From: Squalus acanthias
Taxonomy: Eukaryota
DNA length: 64,000 nucleotides
Assembly: GCA_030390025.1 (NCBI GenBank)
Contig: CM059432.1
Location: 118,174,001 to 118,238,000 of the forward strand
Direction of reading: 5' to 3'
The notes under the pieces are model-generated. The model had not been told where the DNA came from. It ran no database searches and saw only the letters and a program-made list of their open reading frames with translations. Every line of letters begins with the position of its first letter. Within the stretch, counting starts at the first letter, position 1. This document shows, one piece after another, positions 63,608 to 64,000 of this stretch. The translations under genes were made by a program, and so were the position numbers.

Positions 63608-64000
63608 ATAGAAACATAGAAACTAGGAGCAGGAGTAGGCCATTCGGCCCGTCGAGCCTGCTCCACCATTCAATACGATCATGGCTGATCATCCAAATCC
63701 AGTACCCTGTCCCTGCTTTCTCACACAGAATCCCCATCAAACCTGCACCGACACATATCCCACCCTATCCCCGTAACCCCACATATTTAATTCCCCCTAA
63801 CATATCCCATCCTATCCCTGTAACCCCACATATTTAATCCCCCCCTAACACTAAGGGTCAATTTATCATAGCCAAATCAACCTAACCCGCACATTTTTGG
63901 ACTGTGGAAGGAAACGGAGCACCCGGAGGAAACCCACGCAGACACGGGGAGAATGTGCAAACTCCACACAGACAGTCACCCGAGACCAGATTCGAACCCG
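63608..64000 (-). mobile_element. HE1-type V-SINE with CR1-derived tail; 5' end runs out of the window
   Basis: Reverse complement: B box ggttcgaatc, V-domain gtggagtttgcacattctccccgtgtctgcgtgggtttcctccgggtgctcc, CR1-like 3' UTR and (tagaaaca)n tail. Confidence 0.88.

Overview
Vertebrate intergenic or intronic DNA, almost certainly from a cartilaginous fish, inferred from an HE1-type V-SINE, SacSINE1/DeuSINE-type SINEs, abundant CR1 and shark-type Penelope terminal repeats. I recognise no host protein-coding exon; most of the window is nested transposable elements. PIF/Harbinger DNA transposons dominate. One structurally complete 4.26-kb copy (24359-28616) has perfect TIRs, an ATT TSD, an unbroken 413-aa transposase ORF whose catalytic Glu is replaced by Lys, and a convergent 3-exon Myb/SANT partner gene. 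Several decayed two-gene copies and many Harbinger-type MITEs are also present. Other elements: a near-full CR1 ORF2, a CR1/L2-group LINE, a very young Penelope insertion (389-bp inverted arms, GIY-YIG fragment, 15-bp TSD, two minimal hammerhead ribozymes), an unusually long (1.85 kb) probable solo LTR with E2F-like sites, a hAT MITE with an 8-bp TSD, and locally templated inverted duplications that look like DNA-repair scars. All alignments were made by eye, so boundaries of decayed elements are approximate.
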